Below, one piece after another: positions 40,229 to 52,864 of a stretch of 64,000 nucleotides of DNA. Each line of letters starts with the position of its first letter. Position 1 is the stretch's first letter. This stretch comes from Auanema rhodensis. Lineage: Eukaryota; Animalia; Nematoda. The translations under genes were made by a program, and so were the position numbers. Under the pieces are notes generated by a model, which ran no database searches, had not been told where the DNA came from, and saw only the letters and a list, made by a program, of their open reading frames with translations. Where the stretch lies: positions 18,414,001-18,478,000 of the forward strand of contig OZ059899.1 of NCBI GenBank assembly GCA_964057225.1, read 5' to 3'.

Positions 40229-43200
40229 TTGAAAAATGATGCATTAGTGTATGTTGAGTTTCCATGTACACTCAACATTGCTTCCAAAAACATTTTGACA
40301 AAAATTTTTTCGAAAAATTTCAGAATATTTTAGCAAAAAATAGTTGTTTTTAGATTCCTTTTCTCAAGGCAAAGACGATGGACAATGTTATTCAACGAAA
40401 AAATTAATTCTGCAGGGTGAAAATCGAGGATATAAGTGTAAACTTATATCAGTTGATATCTCGGTGCATTTTTAAGCTAGCGCAAATCTGATAACACAGA
40501 TCGACGCAGCTTAAAAATCCGCATCGAATGCACTATACTACATTGAGAAACGCTTAATACAAAAATTAGTTATGATCGTTTGAAAAATGATGCATTAGTG
40601 TATGTTGAGTTTCCATGTACACTCAACATTGCTTCCAAAAACATTTTTACAAAAATTTTTCCGGAAAATTTCGAAACAATTTCGCAAAAAGTAGATGTTT
40701 TTAGATTTCTTTTTTCAAGGCAAAGACGATGGACAATGTTATTCAACGAAAAAATTAATTCTGCAGGGTGAAAATCGAGGATATAAGTGTGAACTTATAT
40801 CAGTTGATATCTCGGTGCATTTTTAAGCTAGCGCAAATCTGATAACACAGATCGACGCAGCTTAAAAATCCGCATCGAATGCACTATACTACATTGAGAA
40901 ACGCTTAATACAAAAATTAGTTATGATCGTTTGAAAAATGATGCATTAGTGTATGTTGAGTTTCCATGTACACTCAACATTGCTTCCAAAAACATTTTGA
41001 CAAAAATTTTTTCGAAAAATTTCAGAATATTTTAGCAAAAAATAGTTGTTTTTAGATTCCTTTTCTCAAGGCAAAGACGATGGACAATGTTATTCAACGA
41101 AAAAATTAATTCTGCAGGGTGAAAATCGAGGATATAAGTGTGAACTTATATCAGTTGATATCTCGGTGCATTTTTAAGCTAGCGCAAATCTGATAACACA
41201 GATCGACGCAGCTTAAAAATCCGCATCGAATGCACTATACTACATTGAGAAACGCTTAATACAAAAATTAGTTATGATCGTTTGAAAAATGATGCATTAG
41301 TGTATGTTGAGTTTCCATGTACACTCAACATTGCTTCCAAAAACATTTTTACAAAAATTTTTCCGGAAAATTTCGAAACAATTTCGCAAAAAGTAGATGT
41401 TTTTAGATTTCTTTTTTCAAGGCAAAGACGATGGACAATGTTATTCAACGAAAAAATTAATTCTGCAGGGTGAAAATCGAGGATATAAGTGTGAACTTAT
41501 ATCAGTTGATATCTCGGTGCATTTTTAAGCTAGCGCAAATCTGATAACACAGATCGACGCAGCTTAAAAATCCGCATCGAATGCACTATACTACATTGAG
41601 AAACGCTTAATACAAAAATTAGTTATGATCGTTTGAAAAATGATGCATTAGTGTATGTTGAGTTTCCATGTACACTCAACATTGCTTCCAAAAACATTTT
41701 GACAAAAATTTTTTCGAAAAATTTCAGAATATTTTAACAAAAAATAGTTGTTTTTAGATTCCTTTTCTCAAGGCAAAGACGATGGACAATGTTATTCAAC
41801 GAAAAAATTAATTCTGCAGGGTGAAAATCGAGGATATAAGTGTGAACTTATATCAGTTGATATCTCGGTGCATTTTTAAGCTAGCGCAAATCTGATAACA
41901 CAGATCGACGCAGCTTAAAAATCCGCATCGAATGCACTATACTACATTGAGAAACGCTTAATACAAAAATTAGTTATGATCGTTTGAAAAATGATGCATT
42001 AGTGTATGTTGAGTTTCCATGTACACTCAACATTGCTTCCAAAAACATTTTTACAAAAATTTTTCCGGAAAATTTCGAAACAATTTCGCAAAAAGTAGAT
42101 GTTTTTAGATTTCTTTTTTCAAGGCAAAGACGATGGACAATGTTATTCAACGAAAAAATTAATTCTGCAGGGTGAAAATCGAGGATATAAGTGTGAACTT
42201 ATATCAGTTGATATCTCGGTGCATTTTTAAGCTAGCGCAAATCTGATAACACAGATCGACGCAGCTTAAAAATCCGCATCGAATGCACTATACTACATTG
42301 AGAAACGCTTAATACAAAAATTAGTTATGATCGTTTGAAAAATGATGCATTAGTGTATGTTGAGTTTCCATGTACACTCAACATTGCTTCCAAAAACATT
42401 TTGACAAAAATTTTTTCGAAAAATTTCAGAATATTTTAGCAAAAAATAGTTGTTTTTAGATTCCTTTTCTCAAGGCAAAGACGATGGACAATGTTATTCA
42501 ACGAAAAAATTAATTCTGCAGGGTGAAAATCGAGGATATAAGTGTGAACTTATATCAGTTGATATCTCGGTGCATTTTTAAGCTAGCGCAAATCTGATAA
42601 CACAGATCGACGCAGCTTAAAAATCCGCATCGAATGCACTATACTACATTGAGAAACGCTTAATACAAAAATTAGTTATGATCGTTTGAAAAATGATGCA
42701 TTAGTGTATGTTGAGTTTCCATGTACACTCAACATTGCTTCCAAAAACATTTTTACAAAAATTTTTCCGGAAAATTTCGAAACAATTTCGCAAAAAGTAG
42801 ATGTTTTTAGATTTCTTTTTTCAAGGCAAAGACGATGGACAATGTTATTCAACGAAAAAATTAATTCTGCAGGGTGAAAATCGAGGATATAAGTGTGAAC
42901 TTATATCAGTTGATATCTCGGTGCATTTTTAAGCTAGCGCAAATCTGATAACACAGATCGACGCAGCTTAAAAATCCGCATCGAATGCACTATACTACAT
43001 TGAGAAACGCTTAATACAAAAATTAGTTATGATCGTTTGAAAAATGATGCATTAGTGTATGTTGAGTTTCCATGTACACTCAACATTGCTTCCAAAAACA
43101 TTTTGACAAAAATTTTTTCGAAAAATTTCAGAATATTTTAGCAAAAAATAGTTGTTTTTAGATTCCTTTTCTCAAGGCAAAGACGATGGACAATGTTATT

Positions 43201-44089
43201 CAACGAAAAAATTAATTCTGCAGGGTGAAAATCGAGGATATAAGTGTGAACTTATATCAGTTGATATCTCGGTGCATTTTTAAGCTAGCGCAAATCTGAT
43301 AACACAGATCGACGCAGCTTAAAAATCCGCATCGAATGCACTATACTACATTGAGAAACGCTTAATACAAAAATTAGTTATGATCGTTTGAAAAATGATG
43401 CATTAGTGTATGTTGAGTTTCCATGTACACTCAACATTGCTTCCAAAAACATTTTTACAAAAATTTTTCCGGAAAATTTCGAAACAATTTCGCAAAAAGT
43501 AGATGTTTTTAGATTTCTTTTTTCAAGGCAAAGACGATGGACAATGTTATTCAACGAAAAAATTAATTCTGCAGGGTGAAAATCGAGGATATAAGTGTGA
43601 ACTTATATCAGTTGATATCTCGGTGCATTTTTAAGCTAGCGCAAATCTGATAACACAGATCGACGCAGCTTAAAAATCCGCATCGAATGCACTATACTAC
43701 ATTGAGAAACGCTTAATACAAAAATTAGTTATGATCGTTTGAAAAATGATGCATTAGTGTATGTTGAGTTTCCATGTACACTCAACATTGCTTCCAAAAA
43801 CATTTTGACAAAAATTTTTTCGAAAAATTTCAGAATATTTTAGCAAAAAATAGTTGTTTTTAGATTCCTTTTCTCAAGGCAAAGACGATGGACAATGTTA
43901 TTCAACGAAAAAATTAATTCTGCAGGGTGAAAATCGAGGATATAAGTGTGAACTTATATCAGTTGATATCTCGGTGCATTTTTAAGCTAGCGCAAATCTG
44001 ATAACACAGATCGACGCAGCTTAAAAATCCGCATCGAATGCACTATACTACATTGAGAAACGCTTAATACAAAAATTAGTTATGATCGT
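40229..44089. repeat. Dimeric (702-bp) higher-order repeat, ~5.5 units
   Basis: The cagaatattttag monomer strictly alternates with the ccggaaaatttcgaaac monomer. The ORF track shows 702-bp spacing at 40580, 41282, 41984, 42686 and 43388. Confidence 0.92.
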
Positions 44090-47000
44090 TTGAAAAATGA
44101 TGCATTAGTGTATGTTGAGTTTCCATGTACACTCAACATTGCTTCCAAAAACATTTTTACAAAAATTTTTCCGAAAAATTTCGAAATAATTTCGCAGAAA
44201 GTAGATGTTTTTAGATTCCTTTTTTCAAGGCAAAGACGATGGACATTGTTATTCAACGAAAAAATTAATTCTGCAGGGTGAAAATCGAGGATATAAGTGT
44301 GAACTTATATTAGTTGATATCTCGGTGCATTTTTAAGCTAGCGCAAATTTGATAACACAGATCGACGCAGCTTAAAAATCCGCATCGAATGCACTATACT
44401 ACATTGAGAAACGCTTAATACAAAATTTAGTTATGATCGTTTGAAAAATGATGCATTAGTGTATGTTGAGTTTCCATGTACACTCAACATTGCTTCCAAA
44501 AACATTTTGACAAAAATTTTTTCGAAAAATTTCAGAATATTTTAGCAAAAAATAGTTGTTTTTAGATTCCTTTTCTCAAGGCAAAGACGATGGACATTGT
44601 TATTCAACGAAAAAATTAATTCTGCAGGGTGAAAATCGAGGATATAAGTGTGAACTTATATTAGTTGATATCTCGGTGCATTTTTAAGCTAGCGCAAATT
44701 TGATAACACAGATCGACGCAGCTTAAAAATCCGCATCGAATGCACTATACTACATTGAGAAACGCTTAATACAAAATTTAGTTATGATCGTTTGAAAAAT
44801 GATGCATTAGTGTATGTTGAGTTTCCATGTACACTCAACATTGCTTCCAAAAACATTTTGACAAAAATTTTTTCGAAAAATTTCAGAATATTTTAGCAAA
44901 AAATAGTTGTTTTTAGATTCCTTTTCTCAAGGCAAAGACGATGGACAATGTTATTCAACGAAAAAATTAATTCTGCAGGGTGAAAATCGAGGATATAAGT
45001 GTGAACTTATATTAGTTGATATCTCGGTGCATTTTTAAGCTAGCGCAAATTTGATAACACAGATCGACGCAGCTTAAAAATCCGCATCGAATGCACTATA
45101 CTACATTGAGAAACGCTTAATACAAAATTTAGTTATGATCGTTTGAAAAATGATGCATTAGTGTATGTTGAGTTTCCATGTACACTCAACATTGCTTCCA
45201 AAAACATTTTGACAAAAATTTTTTCGAAAAATTTCAGAATATTTTAGCAAAAAATAGTTGTTTTTAGATTCCTTTTCTCAAGGCAAAGACGATGGACAAT
45301 GTTATTCAACGAAAAAATTAATTCTGCAGGGTGAAAATCGAGGATATAAGTGTGAACTTATATCAGTTGATATCTCGGTGCATTTTTAAGCTAGCGCAAA
45401 TCTGATAACACAGATCGACGCAGCTTAAAAATCCGCATCGAATGCACTATACTACATTGAGAAACGCTTAATACAAAAATTAGTTATGATCGTTTGAAAA
45501 ATGATGCATTAGTGTATGTTGAGTTTCCATGTACACTCAACATTGCTTCCAAAAACATTTTTACAAAAATTTTTCCGGAAAATTTCGAAACAATTTCGCA
45601 AAAAGTAGATGTTTTTAGATTTCTTTTTTCAAGGCAAAGACGATGGACAATGTTATTCAACGAAAAAATTAATTCTGCAGGGTGAAAATCGAGGATATAA
45701 GTGTGAACTTATATCAGTTGATATCTCGGTGCATTTTTAAGCTAGCGCAAATCTGATAACACAGATCGACGCAGCTTAAAAATCCGCATCGAATGCACTA
45801 TACTACATTGAGAAACGCTTAATACAAAAATTAGTTATGATCGTTTGAAAAATGATGCATTAGTGTATGTTGAGTTTCCATGTACACTCAACATTGCTTC
45901 CAAAAACATTTTGACAAAAATTTTTTCGAAAAATTTCAGAATATTTTAGCAAAAAATAGTTGTTTTTAGATTCCTTTTCTCAAGGCAAAGACGATGGACA
46001 ATGTTATTCAACGAAAAAATTAATTCTGCAGGGTGAAAATCGAGGATATAAGTGTGAACTTATATCAGTTGATATCTCGGTGCATTTTTAAGCTAGCGCA
46101 AATCTGATAACACAGATCGACGCAGCTTAAAAATCCGCATCGAATGCACTATACTACATTGAGAAACGCTTAATACAAAAATTAGTTATGATCGTTTGAA
46201 AAATGATGCATTAGTGTATGTTGAGTTTCCATGTACACTCAACATTGCTTCCAAAAACATTTTTACAAAAATTTTTCCGAAAAATTTCGAAATAATTTCG
46301 CAGAAAGTAGATGTTTTTAGATTCCTTTTTTCAAGGCAAAGACGATGGACATTGTTATTCAACGAAAAAATTAATTCTGCAGGGTGAAAATCGAGGATAT
46401 AAGTGTGAACTTATATTAGTTGATATCTCGGTGCATTTTTAAGCTAGCGCAAATTTGATAACACAGATCGACGCAGCTTAAAAATCCGCATCGAATGCAC
46501 TATACTACATTGAGAAACGCTTAATACAAAATTTAGTTATGATCGTTTGAAAAATGATGCATTAGTGTATGTTGAGTTTCCATGTACACTCAACATTGCT
46601 TCCAAAAACATTTTGACAAAAATTTTTTCGAAAAATTTCAGAATATTTTAGCAAAAAATAGTTGTTTTTAGATTCCTTTTCTCAAGGCAAAGACGATGGA
46701 CAATGTTATTCAACGAAAAAATTAATTCTGCAGGGTGAAAATCGAGGATATAAGTGTGAACTTATATCAGTTGATATCTCGGTGCATTTTTAAGCTAGCG
46801 CAAATCTGATAACACAGATCGACGCAGCTTAAAAATCCGCATCGAATGCACTATACTACATTGAGAAACGCTTAATACAAAAATTAGTTATGATCGTTTG
46901 AAAAATGATGCATTAGTGTATGTTGAGTTTCCATGTACACTCAACATTGCTTCCAAAAACATTTTGACAAAAATTTTTTCGAAAAATTTCAGAATATTTT

Positions 47001-50000
47001 AGCAAAAAATAGTTGTTTTTAGATTCCTTTTCTCAAGGCAAAGACGATGGACAATGTTATTCAACGAAAAAATTAATTCTGCAGGGTGAAAATCGAGGAT
47101 ATAAGTGTGAACTTATATCAGTTGATATCTCGGTGCATTTTTAAGCTAGCGCAAATCTGATAACACAGATCGACGCAGCTTAAAAATCCGCATCGAATGC
47201 ACTATACTACATTGAGAAACGCTTAATACAAAAATTAGTTATGATCGTTTGAAAAATGATGCATTAGTGTATGTTGAGTTTCCATGTACACTCAACATTG
47301 CTTCCAAAAACATTTTGACAAAAATTTTTTCGAAAAATTTCAGAATATTTTAGCAAAAAATAGTTGTTTTTAGATTCCTTTTCTCAAGGCAAAGACGATG
47401 GACTTTGTTATTCAACGAAAAAATTAATTCTTCAGGGTGAAAATCGAGGATATAAGTGTGAACTTATATCAGATGATATCTCGGTGCATTTTTAAGCTAG
47501 CGCAAATCTAATAATACAGATCGACGCAGCTTAAAAATCCGCATCGAATGCACTATACTACATTGAGAAACGCTTAATACAAAAATTAGTTATGATCGTT
47601 TGAAAAATGATGCATTAGTGTATGTTGAGTTTCCATGTACACTCAACATTGCTTCCAAAAACATTTTGACAAAAATTTTTTCGAAAAATTTCAAGATAAT
47701 TTAGCAAAAAGTAGATGTTTTTAGATTCCTTTTTTCAAGGCAAAGACGATGAACAATGTTATTCAACGAAAAAATTAATTCTTCAGGGTGAAAATCGAGG
47801 ATATAAGTGTGAACTTATATCAGTTGATATCTCGGTGCATTTTTAAGCTAGCGCAAATCTAATAATACAGATCGACGCAGCTTAAAAATCCGCATCGAAT
47901 GCATTATACTACATTGAGAAACGCTTAATACAAAATTTAGTTATGATCGTTTGAAAAATGATGCATTAGTGTATGTTGAGTTTCCATGTACACTGAACAT
48001 TGCTTCCAAAAACATTTTGACAAAAATTTTTTCAAAAAATTTCAAAATAATTTAGCAAAAAGTAGATGTTTTTAGATTCCTTTTTTCAAGGCAAAGACGA
48101 TGGACTTTGTTATTCAACGAAAAAATTAATTCTTCAGGGTGAAAATCGAGGATATAAGTGTGAACTTATATCAGTTGATATCTCGGTGCATTTTTAAGCT
48201 AGCGCAAATCTGATAACACAGATCGACGCAGCTTAAAAATCCGCATCGAATGCACTATACTACATTGAGAAACGCTTAATACAAAATTTAGTTATGATCG
48301 TTTGAAAAATGATGCATTAGTGTATGTTGAGTTTCCATGTACACTGAACATTGCTTCCAAAAACATTTTGACAAAAATTTTTTCAAAAAATTTCAGAATA
48401 ATTTAGCAAAAAGTAGATGTTTTTAGATTCCTTTTTTCAAGGCAAAGACGATGGACTTTGTTATTCAACGAAAAAATTAATTCTTCAGGGTGAAAATCGA
48501 GGATATAAGTGTGAACTTATATCAGATGATATCTCGGTGCATTTTTAAGCTAGCGCAAATCTAATAATACAGATCGACGCAGCTTAAAAATCCGCATCGA
48601 ATGCACTATACTACATTGAGAAACGCTTAATACAAAAATTAGTTATGATCGTTTGAAAAATGATGCATTAGTGTATGTTGAGTTTCCATGTACACTCAAC
48701 ATTGCTTCCAAAAACATTTTGACAAAAATTTTTTCGAAAAATTTCAAGATAATTTAGCAAAAAGTAGATGTTTTTAGATTCCTTTTTTCAAGGCAAAGAC
48801 GATGAACAATGTTATTCAACGAAAAAATTAATTCTTCAGGGTGAAAATCGAGGATATAAGTGTGAACTTATATCAGTTGATATCTCGGTGCATTTTTAAG
48901 CTAGCGCAAATCTAATAATACAGATCGACGCAGCTTAAAAATCCGCATCGAATGCATTATACTACATTGAGAAACGCTCAATACAAAAATTAGTTATGAT
49001 CGTTTGAAAAATGATGCCTTAGTGTATGTTGAGTTTCCATGTACACTCAACATTGCTTCCAAAAACATTTTGACAAAAATTTTTTCGAAAAATTTCAAAA
49101 TAATTTAGCAAAAAGTAGATGTTTTTAGATTCCTTTTTTCAAGGCAAAGACGATGGACTTTGTTATTCAACGAAAAAATTAATTCTTCAGGGTGAAAATC
49201 GAGGATATAAGTGTGAACTTATATCAGATGATATCTCGGTGCATTTTTAAGCTAGCGCAAATCTAATAATACAGATCGACGCAGCTTAAAAATCCGCATC
49301 GAATGCACTATACTACATTGAGAAACGCTCGATACAAAAATTAGTTATGATCGTTTGAAAAATGATGCCTTAGTGTATGTTGAGTTTCCATGTACACTCA
49401 ACATTGCTTCCAAAAACATTTTGACAAAAATTTTTTCGAAAAATTTCAAAATAATTTAGCAAAAAGTAGATGTTTTTAGATTCCTTTTTTCAAGGCAAAG
49501 ACGATGGACAATGTTATTCAACGAAAAAATTAATTCTTCAGGGTGAAAATCGAGGATATAAGTGTGAACTTATATCAGTTGATATCTCGGTGCATTTTTA
49601 AGCTAGCGCAAATCTGATAACACAGATCGACGCAGCTTAAAAATCCGCATCGAATGCACTGTACTACATTGAGAAACGTTTAATACAAAATTTAGTTATG
49701 ATCGTTTGAAAAATGATGCATTAGTGTATGTTGAGTTTCCATGTACACTCAACATTGCTTCCAAAAGCATTTTGACAAAAATTTTTTCGAAAAATTTCAA
49801 AATAATTTAGCAAAAAGTAAATGTTTTTAGATTCCTTTTTTCAAGGCAAAGACGATGGACAATGTTATTCAACGAAAAAATTAATTCTTCAGGGTGAAAA
49901 TCGAGGATATAAGTGTGAACTTATATCAGTTGATATCTCGGTGCATTTTTAAGCTAGCGCAAATCTGATAACACAGATCGACGCAGCTTAAAAATCGGCA

Positions 50001-50407
50001 TCGAATGCACTATACTACATTGAAAAACGCTTAATACAAAAATTAGTTATGATCGTTTGAAAAAAGATGCATTAGTGTATGTTGAGTTTCCATGTATACT
50101 CAACATTGCTTCCAAAAACATTTTGACAAAAATTTTTCCGAAAAATTTCAAAATAATTTCGCAAAAAGTAGATGTTTTTAGATTTCTTTTTTCAAGGCAA
50201 AGACGATGGACAATTTTATTCAACGAAAAAATTAATTCTCCAGGGTGAAAATCGAGGATATAAGTGTGAACTTATATCAGTTGATATCTCGGTGCATTTT
50301 TAAGCTAGCGCAAATCTGATAACACAGATCGACGCAGCTTAAAAATCCGCATCGAATGCACTATACTACATTGAGAAACGCTTAATACAAAAATTAGTTA
50401 TGATCGT

Positions 50408-52513
50408 TTGAAAAATGATGCATTAGTGTATGTTGAGTTTCCATGTACACTCAACATTGCTTCCAAAAACATTTTGACAAAAATTTTTTCGAAAAATTTC
50501 AGAATATTTTAGCAAAAAATAGTTGTTTTTAGATTCCTTTTCTCAAGGCAAAGACGATGGACAATGTTATTCAACGAAAAAATTAATTCTGCAGGGTGAA
50601 AATCGAGGATATAAGTGTAAACTTATATCAGTTGATATCTCGGTGCATTTTTAAGCTAGCGCAAATCTGATAACACAGATCGACGCAGCTTAAAAATCCG
50701 CATCGAATGCACTATACTACATTGAGAAACGCTTAATACAAAAATTAGTTATGATCGTTTGAAAAATGATGCATTAGTGTATGTTGAGTTTCCATGTACA
50801 CTCAACATTGCTTCCAAAAACATTTTTACAAAAATTTTTCCGGAAAATTTCGAAACAATTTCGCAAAAAGTAGATGTTTTTAGATTTCTTTTTTCAAGGC
50901 AAAGACGATGGACAATGTTATTCAACGAAAAAATTAATTCTGCAGGGTGAAAATCGAGGATATAAGTGTGAACTTATATCAGTTGATATCTCGGTGCATT
51001 TTTAAGCTAGCGCAAATCTGATAACACAGATCGACGCAGCTTAAAAATCCGCATCGAATGCACTATACTACATTGAGAAACGCTTAATACAAAAATTAGT
51101 TATGATCGTTTGAAAAATGATGCATTAGTGTATGTTGAGTTTCCATGTACACTCAACATTGCTTCCAAAAACATTTTGACAAAAATTTTTTCGAAAAATT
51201 TCAGAATATTTTAGCAAAAAATAGTTGTTTTTAGATTCCTTTTCTCAAGGCAAAGACGATGGACAATGTTATTCAACGAAAAAATTAATTCTGCAGGGTG
51301 AAAATCGAGGATATAAGTGTAAACTTATATCAGTTGATATCTCGGTGCATTTTTAAGCTAGCGCAAATCTGATAACACAGATCGACGCAGCTTAAAAATC
51401 CGCATCGAATGCACTATACTACATTGAGAAACGCTTAATACAAAAATTAGTTATGATCGTTTGAAAAATGATGCATTAGTGTATGTTGAGTTTCCATGTA
51501 CACTCAACATTGCTTCCAAAAACATTTTTACAAAAATTTTTCCGGAAAATTTCGAAACAATTTCGCAAAAAGTAGATGTTTTTAGATTTCTTTTTTCAAG
51601 GCAAAGACGATGGACAATGTTATTCAACGAAAAAATTAATTCTGCAGGGTGAAAATCGAGGATATAAGTGTGAACTTATATCAGTTGATATCTCGGTGCA
51701 TTTTTAAGCTAGCGCAAATCTGATAACACAGATCGACGCAGCTTAAAAATCCGCATCGAATGCACTATACTACATTGAGAAACGCTTAATACAAAAATTA
51801 GTTATGATCGTTTGAAAAATGATGCATTAGTGTATGTTGAGTTTCCATGTACACTCAACATTGCTTCCAAAAACATTTTGACAAAAATTTTTTCGAAAAA
51901 TTTCAGAATATTTTAGCAAAAAATAGTTGTTTTTAGATTCCTTTTCTCAAGGCAAAGACGATGGACAATGTTATTCAACGAAAAAATTAATTCTGCAGGG
52001 TGAAAATCGAGGATATAAGTGTAAACTTATATCAGTTGATATCTCGGTGCATTTTTAAGCTAGCGCAAATCTGATAACACAGATCGACGCAGCTTAAAAA
52101 TCCGCATCGAATGCACTATACTACATTGAGAAACGCTTAATACAAAAATTAGTTATGATCGTTTGAAAAATGATGCATTAGTGTATGTTGAGTTTCCATG
52201 TACACTCAACATTGCTTCCAAAAACATTTTTACAAAAATTTTTCCGGAAAATTTCGAAACAATTTCGCAAAAAGTAGATGTTTTTAGATTTCTTTTTTCA
52301 AGGCAAAGACGATGGACAATGTTATTCAACGAAAAAATTAATTCTGCAGGGTGAAAATCGAGGATATAAGTGTGAACTTATATCAGTTGATATCTCGGTG
52401 CATTTTTAAGCTAGCGCAAATCTGATAACACAGATCGACGCAGCTTAAAAAGCCGCATCGAATGCACTATACAACATTGAGAAACGCTTAATACAAAAAT
52501 TAGTTATGATCGT
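50408..52513. repeat. Second tract of the same 702-bp dimer, 3 units
   Basis: The same alternation occurs (ORFs 50759, 51461, 52163), and each cagaatatt monomer carries the gtAaac variant. Confidence 0.88.
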
Positions 52514-52864
52514 TTGAAAAATGATGCATTAGTGTATGTTGAGTTTCCATGTACACTCAACATTGCTTCCAAAAACATTTTTACAAAAATTTTTCCGAAA
52601 AATTTCGAAATAATTTCGCAGAAAGTAGATGTTTTTAGATTCCTTTTTTCAAGGCAAAGACGATGGACATTGTTATTCAACGAAAAAATTAATTCTGCAG
52701 GGTGAAAATCGAGGATATAAGTGTGAACTTATATTAGTTGATATCTCGGTGCATTTTTAAGCTAGCGCAAATTTGATAACACAGATCGACGCAGCTTAAA
52801 AATCCGCATCGAATGCACTATACTACATTGAGAAACGCTTAATACAAAATTTAGTTATGATCGT

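Noticed and set aside
218-52705. ~100 near-identical 63-aa ORFs (MKNDALVYVEFPCTLNIAS...) as a tandem gene family
   Set aside because: They start at TTG and have a K/F/I/N-rich composition dictated by A/T tracts, with no recognisable domain. Variants are largely non-synonymous, and nonsense alleles (TAA at codon 8, TAG/TAA mid-frame) are common and fixed after 52865. This is a chance frame in the satellite, useful only as a variant barcode.
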